Source: an uncultured Candidatus Rokubacteria bacterium (lineage in GTDB: Bacteria > Methylomirabilota > Methylomirabilia > Rokubacteriales > DASRDR01). From it: a DNA stretch of 64,000 bases. A program made the translations under genes and the position numbers. The DNA lies in the NCBI GenBank assembly GCA_963805625.1, contig CAWDVE010000016.1, positions 256,001 through 320,000 of the forward strand, written 5' to 3'. This document shows positions 1 to 10,585 of this stretch, in pieces (the stretch's first letter is position 1; every line of letters starts with the position of its first letter). Below the pieces are notes generated by a model. That model ran no database searches, was not told the DNA's origin, and was given only the letters and a program-made list of their open reading frames with translations.

Positions 1-2052
1 ACGTTCACCGACCTGGTCCTGGTCGGGCCGGACGGGCGGGCGCTCACGCGGAAGGTGCTCTCCTCCACCGGCAACTACGCCGAGGCGATCGTCCAGGGCG
101 CGCGCGAGCTGATGGCGGCGGCCGGCATCGGCGCGGCCGACGTCGGCGAGCTGATCCACGGGACGACCGTCGCCACGAACGCGATCCTCGAGCGCCGGGG
201 CGCGCGGACGGGACTCCTCACGACGGCGGGGTTCCGCGACCTCCTGGAGATCGGGCGGCTCCGGCTGGCGCGGCTCTACGACATCGACTTCGAGCGCCCG
301 GCGCCCCTCGTCCCGCGGCGCTGGCGGCGTGAGATCGCCGAGCGGCTCGGTCCGGGCGCGGAGGTCCTGACGCCGCTCGATCCGGCCAGCGTCGCGGAGG
401 CCGTCGATCTCCTCACGCGCGAGGGGGTGGAGTCGATCGCGATCGCGTTCCTCCACGCCTACGCGAGCGGCGCCCACGAGCAGGCTGCGGCCGCGATCGT
501 CCACGAGCGGGCGCCCGGCGTCCTGCTGACGCTCTCCTCGGAGATCCTGCCCGAGGTGCGCGAGTTCGAGCGGACGAGCACGGCGGTGACCAACGCCTAC
601 GTCATGCCGGTCATGAGCCGCTACCTCGGGAGCCTCGAGACGGAGCTCCGCCGGCTCGGTGTCGGCGCGCCGATCCTGGTGATGCAATCGAACGGGGGGG
701 TCATGACGGCCGCCAGCGGGCGGCGGCGCCCGGTCCACGTGATCGAGTCGGGGCCGGCGGCGGGCGTGATCGCGACGGCCGAGCTCGCGCGGCGGATCGG
801 CCGGCCGAACGCGATCAGCATCGACATGGGCGGGACGACTGCGAAAGCGTCGGTCATCGAGGGCGGAGAGCTCAAGCGGACGGGCGAGTTCGAGATCGGC
901 GGCGCGCTTTCCCAGGGCAGCCGGCTGAACCGCGGGAGCGGCTTCCTCCTGCGGGTCCCGGCGATCGACATCGCGGAGGTGGGCGCGGGCGGCGGCAGCA
1001 TCGTGCGGGTCGACGACGCGGGCCAGCTCCACGTCGGGCCGCGGAGCGCGGGCGCGATCCCGGGACCCGCCTGCTACGCGCAGGGCGGGAAAGAGGCGAC
1101 CCTGACGGACGCGAACGTCGTCCTCGGTTACCTCCATCCGGAGCGGCTCCCGAGCGGCCTCGCGCTCGACGCGGTCCGGGCTCGCGAGGCCATCGCGGAG
1201 CAGGTGGCGCGGCCGCTCGACCTCGGCCTCGAGGCCGCGGCGCACGGGGTCTACCTCATCGGCTGCGCGCGGATGGCGCGCGCGGTCCGTGCGGTGACCA
1301 TCGAGCGTGGCCGAGACGCGCGCGACTTCGTCCTGGTCGCGTTCGGCGGGAACGGACCGCTCTTTGCCGCGGAGATGGCGCGCTCGCTCGGGATCGGGAC
1401 CGTGCTGGTGCCGCCGGCGCCGGGGGTCTTCAGCGCGGTCGGCCTCCTCGAGGCCGAGAGCGAGCACCACCTGGTCCGGAGCGTCCTGCGCCCGCTCTCG
1501 GCCGAGACGGCCGAGGGAGTGGCCGCGGCCCTCCGGGCGCTCGAGCGCGAGGCCGCCGCTCTGCTTCGCGCCGAGGGCTACCGCGAGGCGGTGGCGATGG
1601 ACCGCGGCGTCGATCTGAAGTACGAGGGCCAGTCGTTCGAGCTGACGATCCCCCTGCCGGCCGACTGGCGGGGCGCCGCGGGCGTGGACGCCCTGGCCGC
1701 GGCCTTCGCCGGGGAGCACGAGCGGACGTATGGCCATGCCGCGGCAGGCGACCCGATCCAGGTCGTGAACCTTCGCGTCACCGCGCGGCTGGTGCGCCCG
1801 GCGGGGCGGCAGACGGTGCGGCTCGCGAGCGAGCGGGCGGCGACGGCTGGTGGGACGCGCCGCGCGTACTTCGGGCGCGAGCACGGGACGCGGGCGACGC
1901 CGGTCCTCGCCCGCGCGGATCTCGGCCCGCTCCCGCGCCCGGGCCCGCTTCTGATCGACGAGTACGACGCGACGACGCTGGTGCCGCCCGGTGCGACCGC
2001 CGGCCTCGACGACCACGGCAACATCCTCATCGTCACCGGCGTGCAGTCATGA
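1..2052 (+). CDS. Hydantoinase/oxoprolinase A subunit (5'-partial, starts before window)
   Basis: Frame is open from base 1 (TFTDLV of the GGTFTD motif). Contains [33 protein letters not shown] and FGGNGPL. Confidence 0.93.
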   Translation, partial: TFTDLVLVGPDGRALTRKVLSSTGNYAEAIVQGARELMAAAGIGAADVGELIHGTTVATNAILERRGARTGLLTTAGFRDLLEIGRLRLARLYDIDFERPAPLVPRRWRREIAERLGPGAEVLTPLDPASVAEAVDLLTREGVESIAIAFLHAYASGAHEQAAAAIVHERAPGVLLTLSSEILPEVREFERTSTAVTNAYVMPVMSRYLGSLETELRRLGVGAPILVMQSNGGVMTAASGRRRPVHVIESGPAAGVIATAELARRIGRPNAISIDMGGTTAKASVIEGGELKRTGEFEIGGALSQGSRLNRGSGFLLRVPAIDIAEVGAGGGSIVRVDDAGQLHVGPRSAGAIPGPACYAQGGKEATLTDANVVLGYLHPERLPSGLALDAVRAREAIAEQVARPLDLGLEAAAHGVYLIGCARMARAVRAVTIERGRDARDFVLVAFGGNGPLFAAEMARSLGIGTVLVPPAPGVFSAVGLLEAESEHHLVRSVLRPLSAETAEGVAAALRALEREAAALLRAEGYREAVAMDRGVDLKYEGQSFELTIPLPADWRGAAGVDALAAAFAGEHERTYGHAAAGDPIQVVNLRVTARLVRPAGRQTVRLASERAATAGGTRRAYFGREHGTRATPVLARADLGPLPRPGPLLIDEYDATTLVPPGATAGLDDHGNILIVTGVQS

Positions 2053-3782
2053 GCGCGAGCCGTCACGCTGCCACCGATCCCATCACGCTCGAGCTGATCA
2101 AGAACGCGCTCGACGCGATCGTCGACGAGATGGCGATCGCGCTCGTGCGCACTGCCTACTCGAACAACCTCAAGAACTCGATGGACATGTCCTGCGCCCT
2201 CTGCGACGCGGAGGGACGCTTGATCGCCCAGGGACTGACGCTGCCGCTCCACCTCGGGTCGGTGCCCGACGCGATGGCGGCCGTGAAGCGGAAGTTCCAG
2301 GGGAAGATCCGCCCGGGCGACGTGTTCATCCTGAACGACCCCTTCGAGGGCGGCACGCACCTGCCCGACTTCTACATCCTGAAGCCGATCCACGTCGGCG
2401 CGGATCTCGTGGGCTGGTCGGCGAGCATCGGGCACCAGCTCGACGTCGGCGGGAAGACCCCGGGCGGAAACGGCTGCGACGCGACCGAGATCTTCCAGGA
2501 GGGCCTCCGCATCCCGCCGGTGCGCCTCTACGATCGGGGCGAGCCGGCGGAGGCGGTCTTCGACTTCATCGACAAGAACGTGCGCGTGCCGCGCCAGGTG
2601 CTGGGCGACGTCCGCTCGCAGGTGGCCGCGTGCCTCACGGGCGAGCGCGGCTACCTCGCCCTGCTCGAGCGCCATGGCCGCGAGAGGTTCGCCGCGTGCA
2701 CCGACGCCCTCCTCGATCAGGCGGAGCGGCTGGCGCGGAACGCCATCAAGGCGATGCCGGACGGCGTCTATTGCTTCACGGACTACATCGACGACGACGG
2801 CATCGACCCCGATCCCATCCCGATCGTGGTGACCGTGACGATATCTGGCGACCACCTGATCGCCGACTTCACCGGCTCGGCGCCGCAGGTGAAGGGAGCG
2901 ATCAACTCGCCCATCCCGTTCACGAAGTCGGCGGTCTACGCGTGCGTGCGCCACCTGATCGGCGGCGACCCGCCGAACAACGAGGGCTACTTCCGCCCGA
3001 TCGAGGTGGTAGCGCCGCCGGGGACGATCGTGAACCCGGTGCTGCCGGCGTCCGTCGCCGCGCGCGGGCTGACCGGCTTCCGCATCGCCAACACGGTCTT
3101 CGGCGCCCTCGCCCAGGTCGCGCCCGACCGCGTGTTCGCCTGCGAGGTCGGCGGCGACACCGGCGTCAGCATCGGCGGCTACGACGCCGAGCGCCGGGCG
3201 TTCGTGTTCCTGGAGTTCCTCTTCGGCTCGTGGGGCGGCCGGCCGACGAAGGACGGCATCGACGCCTGCAGCAGCTCGGTCGTGAACTTTTCCAACAACC
3301 CGATCGAGGTGATCGAGGCAGAGTACCCTATCCGGATCCAGCGGTACGGCTATCTCCCCGACTCGGGTGGGGCCGGGCGGTTCCGCGGCGGGCTCGCGCT
3401 GATCCGCGAGTACCGCTTCGAGGAGGCCGAGGGCACGCTCCAGCTCCGCACCGATCGCCGGCGCCACCTCCCGTACGGGCTGCAGGGTGGGCGCGAGGGG
3501 ACGCCGTCCGCGAACCTCCTCAATCCCGGCACGCCCGCGGCACAGGACCTCCCGGCCAAGTGCACGCTCACCCTCCGGCGCGGCGACGTCTTCCGGCACG
3601 TCTACGCCGGCCCCGGCGGCTGGGGCGATCCGATGACGCGCGATCCAGCGCGCGTCCGCTGGGATGTCCTCGAGGAGAAGATTACGGTCGAGTACGCGCG
3701 CCGCGAGTACGGCGTCGCCCTCGACCCGACCACGCTGGAGATCCTGCCGGACGAGACGGCCCGACTTCGCGCCTGGCGCTGA
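2049..3782 (+). CDS. Hydantoinase B/oxoprolinase subunit
   Basis: DPITLELI, NDPFEGGTHLPD, EIFQEGLRIPP, DSGGAGRFRGG and GGWGDP motifs. ATGA overlap with the A subunit. Confidence 0.93.
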   Translation: MSASRHAATDPITLELIKNALDAIVDEMAIALVRTAYSNNLKNSMDMSCALCDAEGRLIAQGLTLPLHLGSVPDAMAAVKRKFQGKIRPGDVFILNDPFEGGTHLPDFYILKPIHVGADLVGWSASIGHQLDVGGKTPGGNGCDATEIFQEGLRIPPVRLYDRGEPAEAVFDFIDKNVRVPRQVLGDVRSQVAACLTGERGYLALLERHGRERFAACTDALLDQAERLARNAIKAMPDGVYCFTDYIDDDGIDPDPIPIVVTVTISGDHLIADFTGSAPQVKGAINSPIPFTKSAVYACVRHLIGGDPPNNEGYFRPIEVVAPPGTIVNPVLPASVAARGLTGFRIANTVFGALAQVAPDRVFACEVGGDTGVSIGGYDAERRAFVFLEFLFGSWGGRPTKDGIDACSSSVVNFSNNPIEVIEAEYPIRIQRYGYLPDSGGAGRFRGGLALIREYRFEEAEGTLQLRTDRRRHLPYGLQGGREGTPSANLLNPGTPAAQDLPAKCTLTLRRGDVFRHVYAGPGGWGDPMTRDPARVRWDVLEEKITVEYARREYGVALDPTTLEILPDETARLRAWR

Positions 3783-3800
3783 GCGGGGGTGGTCCCGGGA

Positions 3801-3838
3801 CGCAGCGACGGGCGGCTCGGAGGCCGCCCGTCGCTGCG
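3801..3838. terminator. Perfect 16-bp hairpin between convergent genes
   Basis: cgcagcgacgggcggc-tcggag-gccgcccgtcgctgcg just after the hydantoinase B stop. No U-tract. Confidence 0.5.
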
Positions 3839-3861
3839 CGTCAGTGGAAACCCGGTCGGGA

Positions 3862-4130
3862 CTAGCGGTCGGGAATATACCGATCCGCCCAGTACCCCCG
3901 GCCATGCCGGTCACGGACGTACACCGGATGCGGTGCGTGGACAACGTGGCGCGGGCGCTTCACGATGACCGGCGCGGGACGGTACACGACGGGCGGCGGC
4001 CTCTGATACACCACCGGCGGCGGCGTGACGATGACCGGGGGCGGCGCCTGGACGATCACCGGCACGGGCTGGTACACCACGGGTGCGGGCTGGTACACGA
4101 CCGGCGGGGGCGCCGGTGGCCCACCTCCCG
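3862..4130 (-). pseudogene. 5'-truncated proline-rich (PVVYQP-repeat) small protein
   Basis: PPPVVYQPAPVVYQPVPV repeats. No signal peptide or start region; an in-frame stop lies just upstream. Confidence 0.5.
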
Positions 4131-4134
4131 TCCG

Positions 4135-4923
4135 TCGGAGCTACTACGTGCGGGCCTATCCCGCCTACGCGGCGGAGCTTGGGGCCCGGCTCCTCGCCGC
4201 TGATGTCGAGCTGTCCCCGGCGCCGCGCGTCGTGATCAGCTGCTCCGAGACACTCACGGCGGCGCGCGCGGCCGTCATCGCCCGGGCGTTTCGCGCCCGC
4301 GTCGTGAACCACTACTCGAGCTGGGAGGCCATGCACGTCGCCCAGACGTGCCCCGACAATCCGGCCGTTCTCCACGTCAACTCCGAGCGGGCGGTGTTCT
4401 GGGCGGCGCGCGCGGACGGCACGCCGGCCGACCCGGGTGAGCCCGGACGTCTCCGGCTGACCGTGCTATCCAACTACGTCCAGCCCTTCGTGAACTACGA
4501 CATCGGGGACACGGCCCTCCTCGGCACGCCATGCCCCTGCGGCCGCGGTTGGCCGACGCTCGGGGCGATCGAGGACCGCGTGAGCGAGACCCTGGTCACC
4601 CGTGACGGCCGGGCGGTATCCGCGGCCGTACTCGGGGCAGTGTCTCGTGACCATCGGTGACGCCCTTCCGTACGTGTGGGAGTATCAGGCCGTACAGGAG
4701 CGAGATGGTGGAGCTCCGCGTGGTGCCGACGGCGCGCTACACGGCGAGGATCGGCGAGGCACTCCGGCGACAGCTCGAGACCCTGCTCGGTCCGGAGACG
4801 CACGTGCGCGTGGCGGTCGTGGACGCGATCGAGCGCACTCCCTCCGGGAAGCGGCTCGCGATCACATCCAGGGTCGGGCGCAACCCGACCGGGCAGGGGC
4901 CGCGAGCGGGCGCGGCCTCGTGA
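4135..4923 (+). pseudogene. Phenylacetate-CoA ligase/CapK-like adenylating enzyme, C-terminal part with two frameshifts
   Basis: YSSWE..HVNSE..PGEPGRLRLTVLSNYVQPFVNYDIGD..CPCGRG. Frame changes near 4640 (QCLVTIGDALPYVWEYQAVQ) and 4700 (VELRVVP..IERTPSGK). N-terminal half is absent. Confidence 0.75.
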
Positions 4924-5618
4924 CGACGTCCGTGCGCCCGGCGACCACGCGTGCGCGCGATACCTGGGCCGCGACCGGACGCCGGCTCCCGATCGTGGCC
5001 CTGAGCTGGCTTGTTCGGCGCGAGTACCTGATCACTGTGCGCGCCGTCGACGAAAGCGCGAGCGTTCCGCAGCTGCCCCAGGCGCGCTGGGTCCTGATCA
5101 AGGATCCAACTGAGCTGGTGGTCGGCCCCGGCGACCTGCGGCCGGCACGGGCCGAGGCCCGGCGCCGCCTCGACGAGGGCCAGGAATGCTGGGCGGCGTG
5201 GATTGGCGGCGAGCTGGCGCACTGGCGTTGGGAGGCCACGCGACCGGCGCTCCTTCCCTACCTCGGGCTTACGCTCCGTCCGGAGGCGGGCGACCTCTGC
5301 GTCGTGGATGTCTACACGGTGCCGTGCTATCGAGGTCGTGGTCTTCACACAGTGGGCACGTTGCTCGCGCTCGAGCGGGCGCGCGCGCGTGGGCTCACAC
5401 GGCTCGTCGGCTTGGTGGCGTGGTGGAACGCCCCCGCGCGCCACGTCATGGAAGGCAAGACCGGCCGGCCGGTCGTCGGCTCGGTCGGGTACTGGACGGT
5501 CGGCGTGGGGCGCCGGTACTTCGCACGGGGAGGAGTCCGGCTCGAGGGCGAAGCGATTGTCGTCGCCGCCGTGCGCTCCGTGGGCGCGCCTCGCCCCGGT
5601 GCCGCGTTCCCGTCCTGA
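4920..5618 (+). CDS. GNAT-family acetyltransferase
   Basis: DVYTVPCYRGRGL acetyl-CoA motif and N-x-PA motif. GTG start overlaps the upstream TGA. Confidence 0.7.
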   Translation: MTTSVRPATTRARDTWAATGRRLPIVALSWLVRREYLITVRAVDESASVPQLPQARWVLIKDPTELVVGPGDLRPARAEARRRLDEGQECWAAWIGGELAHWRWEATRPALLPYLGLTLRPEAGDLCVVDVYTVPCYRGRGLHTVGTLLALERARARGLTRLVGLVAWWNAPARHVMEGKTGRPVVGSVGYWTVGVGRRYFARGGVRLEGEAIVVAAVRSVGAPRPGAAFPS

Positions 5619-5691
5619 CCGCGAGCAGCCCGGCGGGCGCCGCCTCCCGTAGCTTGGCACTCGCGCCCCGGCGGTGGCACACTAGCGCCGC

Positions 5692-6780
5692 ATGACCTCC
5701 GTCAAGGACTCGCTGACCCCGCTGGCGGGGACGCGCGGTCTCGTCTTCCACGGGATCAGCTTCGACCCGTCGAGCCACACGGTGCGCACCTTCGACCTGG
5801 CCGGGTTCGACACCGAGCTGCAGGATCCGGTGGTGTTCTCCTGGATCGACATCGAGGCGCCGGACATCTCCACGATGAACGAGGTCCTCCGGCGCATGGA
5901 CATCGACCTCGTGCTCGTCTCGCACTTCGACCGGCCGGAGGTGCTTCCGCGGATCGTGGAGCGCTCGGACTGTCTCGCCTTCTATCTCTATCCCATCTAC
6001 GAGCCGGAGACACATCTCGACACTGCGCAGACCATCACGGAGATCGAGTTCGCCCGGATGATCCTCGTCCTGGGCGCGGACTACGTGATCACGTATCACC
6101 GACGGCGGCTGGACGCGGTGGACCAGATCAAGCAAACTTGCATCGACAGCTTTCATCTGGCCGGGAAGACGCCCGGCTTCATCGCGTTCCTGTTCCTGCA
6201 GCGCTGCCTCTACGACTACGCGCACCTCAATCTCGCCAACGACAACTACCTCGACCTCCTCGAGGCGGAGCTGGCCGCGGGCAGCGGCGGCGTGCCCGAG
6301 AGCGTGACCATCGCCTCCGGCAACATCCTGACGCTGAAGAAGCTGGCGGCGAGCCTCCACATCGTGCTCATGCTCCTCGGCACGAAACGGAGCCGCTTCG
6401 TGAGCGACGACGGGCGGAATGCCTTCCTCGAGATGCTCCGGAACGCGCTGGCCATCCGCGAGGCGGTCGACTCGTCCCGCGATCTCCTCGACGGGATCCT
6501 GGGCGGCATCCAGGCGGCGGCGGCCAACCGGACGAGCGAGATCGCCCGGGTGCTGACCGTGGTGTCGAGCATCATGCTGCCACTGACCCTGATCGCCGGC
6601 ATCTACGGCATGAACTTCGAGCACATGCCGGAGCTCAAATGGGAGCTGGGTTACCCGGCCGTCCTGGGCGTGATGACCGCGCTCGGGCTCGGGCTGGTGG
6701 GCGTGTTCTGGCGGCTCGGCTGGCTGGGTGGGATCTCGACGCGTCGGGCAGGGGAGAAGAGGAAAGCCCGATCCCGCTGA
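5692..6780 (+). CDS. corA: CorA-family Mg2+/Co2+ transporter
   Basis: IAGIYGMNFEHMPELKW signature followed by a second TM helix. Confidence 0.9.
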   Translation: MTSVKDSLTPLAGTRGLVFHGISFDPSSHTVRTFDLAGFDTELQDPVVFSWIDIEAPDISTMNEVLRRMDIDLVLVSHFDRPEVLPRIVERSDCLAFYLYPIYEPETHLDTAQTITEIEFARMILVLGADYVITYHRRRLDAVDQIKQTCIDSFHLAGKTPGFIAFLFLQRCLYDYAHLNLANDNYLDLLEAELAAGSGGVPESVTIASGNILTLKKLAASLHIVLMLLGTKRSRFVSDDGRNAFLEMLRNALAIREAVDSSRDLLDGILGGIQAAAANRTSEIARVLTVVSSIMLPLTLIAGIYGMNFEHMPELKWELGYPAVLGVMTALGLGLVGVFWRLGWLGGISTRRAGEKRKARSR

Positions 6781-6874
6781 GGCGCCGCCCCCACCCGGCG
6801 CCGCGGCGGCCGCTGCGCTCCTCTGCCGCCAGTGCAATTGCGCTGATCCGGCTTCTGGCCTAGTCTCCTCACCC

Positions 6875-8470
6875 GTGGCCGAGATCATCGACCTCGACAG
6901 CGCCGTCGCCCTCGCGCGCGACGGGGATCACGTGCTGCTCGGCGGCTCCGGCGGCGGCCATGCCGTGCCGGAGGCGTGGATCGTGGGTCTGGCCGAGCGT
7001 TTCCGAGCGACGGGGCGGCCACGCGGGCTCTCGCTCACGAGCGTGGTCGCGATCGGCGACTGGAAGACCACGGGCATGAGCCGCCTCGCCCAGCCGGGTC
7101 TCGTCAAGCGTGTGGTCTCGGCGGGCTTCAACAACTGTCCCGCCATCGGCGCGATGGCGGCTGCCGACGAGATCGAGGCGTACACCTTGCCCCAGGGGGC
7201 GCTCTCCCAGCTCTGCCGGGACATGGCCGCCGGCCGACCCGGGCTCCTGACGCGGACCGGCCTCCACACCTTCGTCGACCCGCGCCTGGGCGGCGGCAAG
7301 CAGAGCGCCCGGACGACGGAGGACCTGGTCGAACTCGTGACGCTCCACGGCGAGGAGTACCTCTTCTACCGCGCCCAGCCGATCGACCTCGCGGTGATCC
7401 GCGGGACGACCGCCGACGAGCGGGGCAACGTCACCATGGAGGACGAGCCGTACTTCGGCGAGCAGCTCTCCATCGCCCAGGCGGCCCGCAACTGCGGGGC
7501 GCCCGTGGTCTGCCAGGTCTCGCGGCTCGCCGCGGCGGGGACGCTCCCCGGCAAGCAGGTGAAGGTCCCGGGGGCGCTCGTCGACTACCTCGTCGTCGTG
7601 CCCGACGAGTGGCAGACCTACGTCACCCGGTACGACCCCGCCTACGCGGGTGCGATCCGGCGGCCGGACGCGGGGCTTCCACGGCTGCCGCTCGACATCC
7701 GCAAGGTCATCGCCCGGCGGGCGGCGCTCGAGCTCTTCCCGGGGGCGATCGTGAACCTCGGGTTCGGCGTCTCGAACGGGATCGCCCCGGTGGCGGCCGA
7801 GGAGGGGATCCACCGTGACGTGACCTTGACCGTGGAGCAGGGGATCGTGGGCGGCGTGCCGGCGGGCGGCAACGACGCCGGCGCCGGCCACAACTACGAC
7901 GCGATGGTCGACCAGCCCTACCAGTTCGACTTCTACGACGGCGGCGGGCTCGACGTCGCGTTTCTCTCCTTTGCCGAGGTCGACGCCGAGGGGAACGTCA
8001 ACGTGAGCCGCTTCGGCCGCGTCGTCAACGGGCCGGGCGGCTTCGTCAACATCAGCCAGGGCGCGCGGAAGGTCGTATTCTCGGGGACGCTCACCGCCGA
8101 CGGCCTCGAGATAGAGCCGGACGGGACCGGGGGCGTGCGCCTCGTCCGGGAGGGGCGGACCGCGAAGTGGGTGCCGGCCGTGCAGCAGATCACCTTCAGC
8201 GGGCGGTACGCGCGGGCGCGGGGGCAGCAGGTCATGTACGTGACCGATCGCGCGGTATTCCGGCTCGGCGCCGACGGGATCGAGGTCGTCGAGGTCGCGC
8301 CCGGCGTGGAGCTCGAGCGCGACGTCCTCGCGCGCATCGGCTTCCCCGTGCGGGTGCCGGTGCCGCCGCGTGCCATGGACCCACGGCTGTTCCGGCCCGA
8401 GCCGATGGGCATCCTCGCCGAGTTCCGCATGCGGCCGTCACCCCGCCAGAGGAGGCGTCCCGAACCATGA
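6875..8470 (+). CDS. Acyl-CoA:acetate/3-ketoacid CoA-transferase (YdiF/Pct-like, fused alpha-beta)
   Basis: GLHTFVDPRLGGGK, RGTTADERGN, VNLGFG, EQG, QFDFYDGGGLD and GGFVNISQ motifs. Confidence 0.9.
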   Translation: MAEIIDLDSAVALARDGDHVLLGGSGGGHAVPEAWIVGLAERFRATGRPRGLSLTSVVAIGDWKTTGMSRLAQPGLVKRVVSAGFNNCPAIGAMAAADEIEAYTLPQGALSQLCRDMAAGRPGLLTRTGLHTFVDPRLGGGKQSARTTEDLVELVTLHGEEYLFYRAQPIDLAVIRGTTADERGNVTMEDEPYFGEQLSIAQAARNCGAPVVCQVSRLAAAGTLPGKQVKVPGALVDYLVVVPDEWQTYVTRYDPAYAGAIRRPDAGLPRLPLDIRKVIARRAALELFPGAIVNLGFGVSNGIAPVAAEEGIHRDVTLTVEQGIVGGVPAGGNDAGAGHNYDAMVDQPYQFDFYDGGGLDVAFLSFAEVDAEGNVNVSRFGRVVNGPGGFVNISQGARKVVFSGTLTADGLEIEPDGTGGVRLVREGRTAKWVPAVQQITFSGRYARARGQQVMYVTDRAVFRLGADGIEVVEVAPGVELERDVLARIGFPVRVPVPPRAMDPRLFRPEPMGILAEFRMRPSPRQRRRPEP

Positions 8471-9249
8471 GCGAACCGGAGCTGGTCCGCGTGACCGTCG
8501 AGGCGGGCGTCGCCGTGCTGACCCTCGACAATCCGCCCCTCAACCTGGTAACCCTCGAGCTGACGCGCCGGCTCCGGGCCGCGCTCGACCGGCTGGCGGC
8601 CGACCCGGCGGCGCGTGTCCTCGTGGTCACGGGCGCCGGGCCGCGGGCGTTCTGCGCCGGGTCGGACGTGAGCGAGTTCCCGTCGGTCCAGGACGACGTG
8701 GTCCGGAAGAAGCTCGCGCCGGAGAACGAGGCGTACAGCCGGCTCGACGACTTCCCGAAGCCGACGATCGCCGCGCTGAACGGGCTCGCTTACGGCGGTG
8801 GGCTCGAGCTGGCGGTCTGCTGCGACATCCTGATCGCTGGCGCGGACGTGCGGCTGGCGCTGCCGGAGGTGAAGCTCGGCGTGCTCCCCGGGAGCGGCGG
8901 GACCGTCCGCGTGCCGCGGCGGGTGGGCGAGGGACGCGCCAAGGAGCTCATGTTTACGGGCGATCCGATCGACGCGGAGACCGCGCGAAGTTGGGGACTC
9001 GTCAACCACGTGGTCCCGCCGGGCCAGGCGCTGGCCGCGGCCCTCGAGCTCGGGCGGACGCTGGCGGAGCGGCCGAACCGCGCGCTCCAGCTCATCAAGG
9101 AGGCGGCGGAGCTCGGCCAGGACACGACCGAGGACGAGGCGATCCGCCGGACGCTGGCTCTGTCCGAGACCGTCTTCCGCACGGAGGACGCCCGCGAGGG
9201 GGTCCGTGCCTTCTTCGCGAAAGAGCCCCCGCGCTGGCGCCACCGGTAA
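8467..9249 (+). CDS. Enoyl-CoA hydratase/isomerase family protein
   Basis: AFCAGSD, GGGLELAVCCD and PEVKLGVLPGSGGT motifs. Confidence 0.92.
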   Translation: MSEPELVRVTVEAGVAVLTLDNPPLNLVTLELTRRLRAALDRLAADPAARVLVVTGAGPRAFCAGSDVSEFPSVQDDVVRKKLAPENEAYSRLDDFPKPTIAALNGLAYGGGLELAVCCDILIAGADVRLALPEVKLGVLPGSGGTVRVPRRVGEGRAKELMFTGDPIDAETARSWGLVNHVVPPGQALAAALELGRTLAERPNRALQLIKEAAELGQDTTEDEAIRRTLALSETVFRTEDAREGVRAFFAKEPPRWRHR

Positions 9250-9307
9250 CGCCCGCGCCCGGGCGGCAGCTGGCTCGGCGCCGCCGGAGCGCGCGCGGCG
9301 GCGTTTC

Positions 9308-9466
9308 TTAGCGCTTGTGTGCGACGAGCTCCCGCGGGGGCACGCCCACGTACTCAGCGCGCGGCCGGATGAGGCGGTTGTCGGCGTACTGCTCGAGAGC
9401 GTGCGCGCACCAGCCGGCCACACGCCCCACCGCGAAGATCGACGTGCAGAGATCGCCCGGGATCCC
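9308..9466 (-). pseudogene. Citrate synthase C-terminal remnant
   Basis: Manual translation: [41 protein letters not shown], the typical citrate synthase C-terminus. Nothing upstream in frame. Confidence 0.85.
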
Positions 9467-9644
9467 GACCCTCTACGCATACGTGAGCCGTGGGGTCCTG
9501 CGAAGCTACCGCCAGGGCATGCGGCGGCAGCGTCTCTACCGCCGGATCGAGGTCGACGCGCTGCGCCGCCTCCAGCCCAGCGCCGGGGCCCGCGCGCCGG
9601 CGGCGCCCGAGATCCCGCTCGCCGAGAGTTGGATCCGCGAGTAG
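9462..9644 (+). pseudogene. HTH DNA-binding protein remnant (TLYAYVSRG type), 5'-truncated
   Basis: [29 protein letters not shown] is the HTH seen with citrate-synthase-like genes. The first helix is missing. Confidence 0.7.
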
Positions 9645-9651
9645 CCGGGAC

Positions 9652-10566
9652 CTAGCCTCGTCGAGACCCCGCCCGCTTCGATCGCCGCCCGCTCGGCGGC
9701 CCGGACTCTACCCGTGCCAGGAACGCGAGCACGGCCCGGTTCCACGCCTCCGGCTGGTCGCGATTGGCAAAGTGGCTGGCCGGGGACAGGACGACCAGCC
9801 GCGAGCCCCGGATCTTCCGGCGCATCACGCGCATCGGCGCCAGCGACGGGTCGCGATCGCCCCCGACCAGGAGCACGGGGATGCCGTGCTCCGCGAGCCG
9901 CGGCAGCTCGTCCGTGATGTGATCCATGGCGAGCAGCGTCCGCACTGAGTTGGCGTAGCCGATGGGCGTGAGCCGGCGGTACTCCTCGTAGAACTCAGTC
10001 TTGGCATCGGGGTCGAGCGCGAGCCGCCCGGCGACGTTTGGATTCGTGGCCATGGCGTACTCGGCCATCGCGTCCAAACCCTGCGTGAGCGTGACCTCGA
10101 TGCTCCGGGCGCGCATTACCAGGCTCTCGACGGACAGAGGCAGGCCCGCCGCCGAAGAGGAGTTGGTGACGACGAGGGACCGGACGCGCCGCGGGTAGAG
10201 GAGGGCGAAGCGCGTGGCGATCCCGGCGCCCAGCGACAGCCCGCCCACGTGGGCGCGCCGGAGTCCCAAGTGGTCGAGGAGGTCCCGGAGGTCGAGCGCC
10301 CAGCGCCGGAAGGAGTAGCGGGCGGGGTCCGGCGGGCTGTCCGATCGGGCGTGCCCCCGCGGCTCCCAGAGAACCACGCGGCGGCCGGCGGCGAGGCCGG
10401 GCGTGTTGGGGGCCCACATGTCCGTGTTGCCGCCGATCCCGTAGGCTAGGACGAGCGGTGCCGGCGCGCGCTCTCCCGGTCGAGCGGTCCCCGGGCGGCC
10501 CGGCCCGGTCGGGCCGTGCTCCTCGTAGTAGAGCCGCACTCCGTCGGTCGCCCGCGCGTAGGGCAT
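9652..10566 (-). CDS. Alpha/beta fold hydrolase
   Basis: GVRLYYEEHG, PRGHARS, GLSLG nucleophile elbow and C-terminal SHF catalytic His. Confidence 0.88.
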   Translation of the reverse strand: MPYARATDGVRLYYEEHGPTGPGRPGTARPGERAPAPLVLAYGIGGNTDMWAPNTPGLAAGRRVVLWEPRGHARSDSPPDPARYSFRRWALDLRDLLDHLGLRRAHVGGLSLGAGIATRFALLYPRRVRSLVVTNSSSAAGLPLSVESLVMRARSIEVTLTQGLDAMAEYAMATNPNVAGRLALDPDAKTEFYEEYRRLTPIGYANSVRTLLAMDHITDELPRLAEHGIPVLLVGGDRDPSLAPMRVMRRKIRGSRLVVLSPASHFANRDQPEAWNRAVLAFLARVESGPPSGRRSKRAGSRRG

Positions 10567-10585
10567 CGGCGTCAGCGCGCCGCCG

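Noticed and set aside
1578-3944. Long antisense/alternate-frame ORFs (e.g. 788 aa here; 19524-21947; 24671-26635; 38047-40125)
   Set aside because: Shadow ORFs of real genes in high-GC DNA; Arg/Pro/Gly-rich with no motifs.
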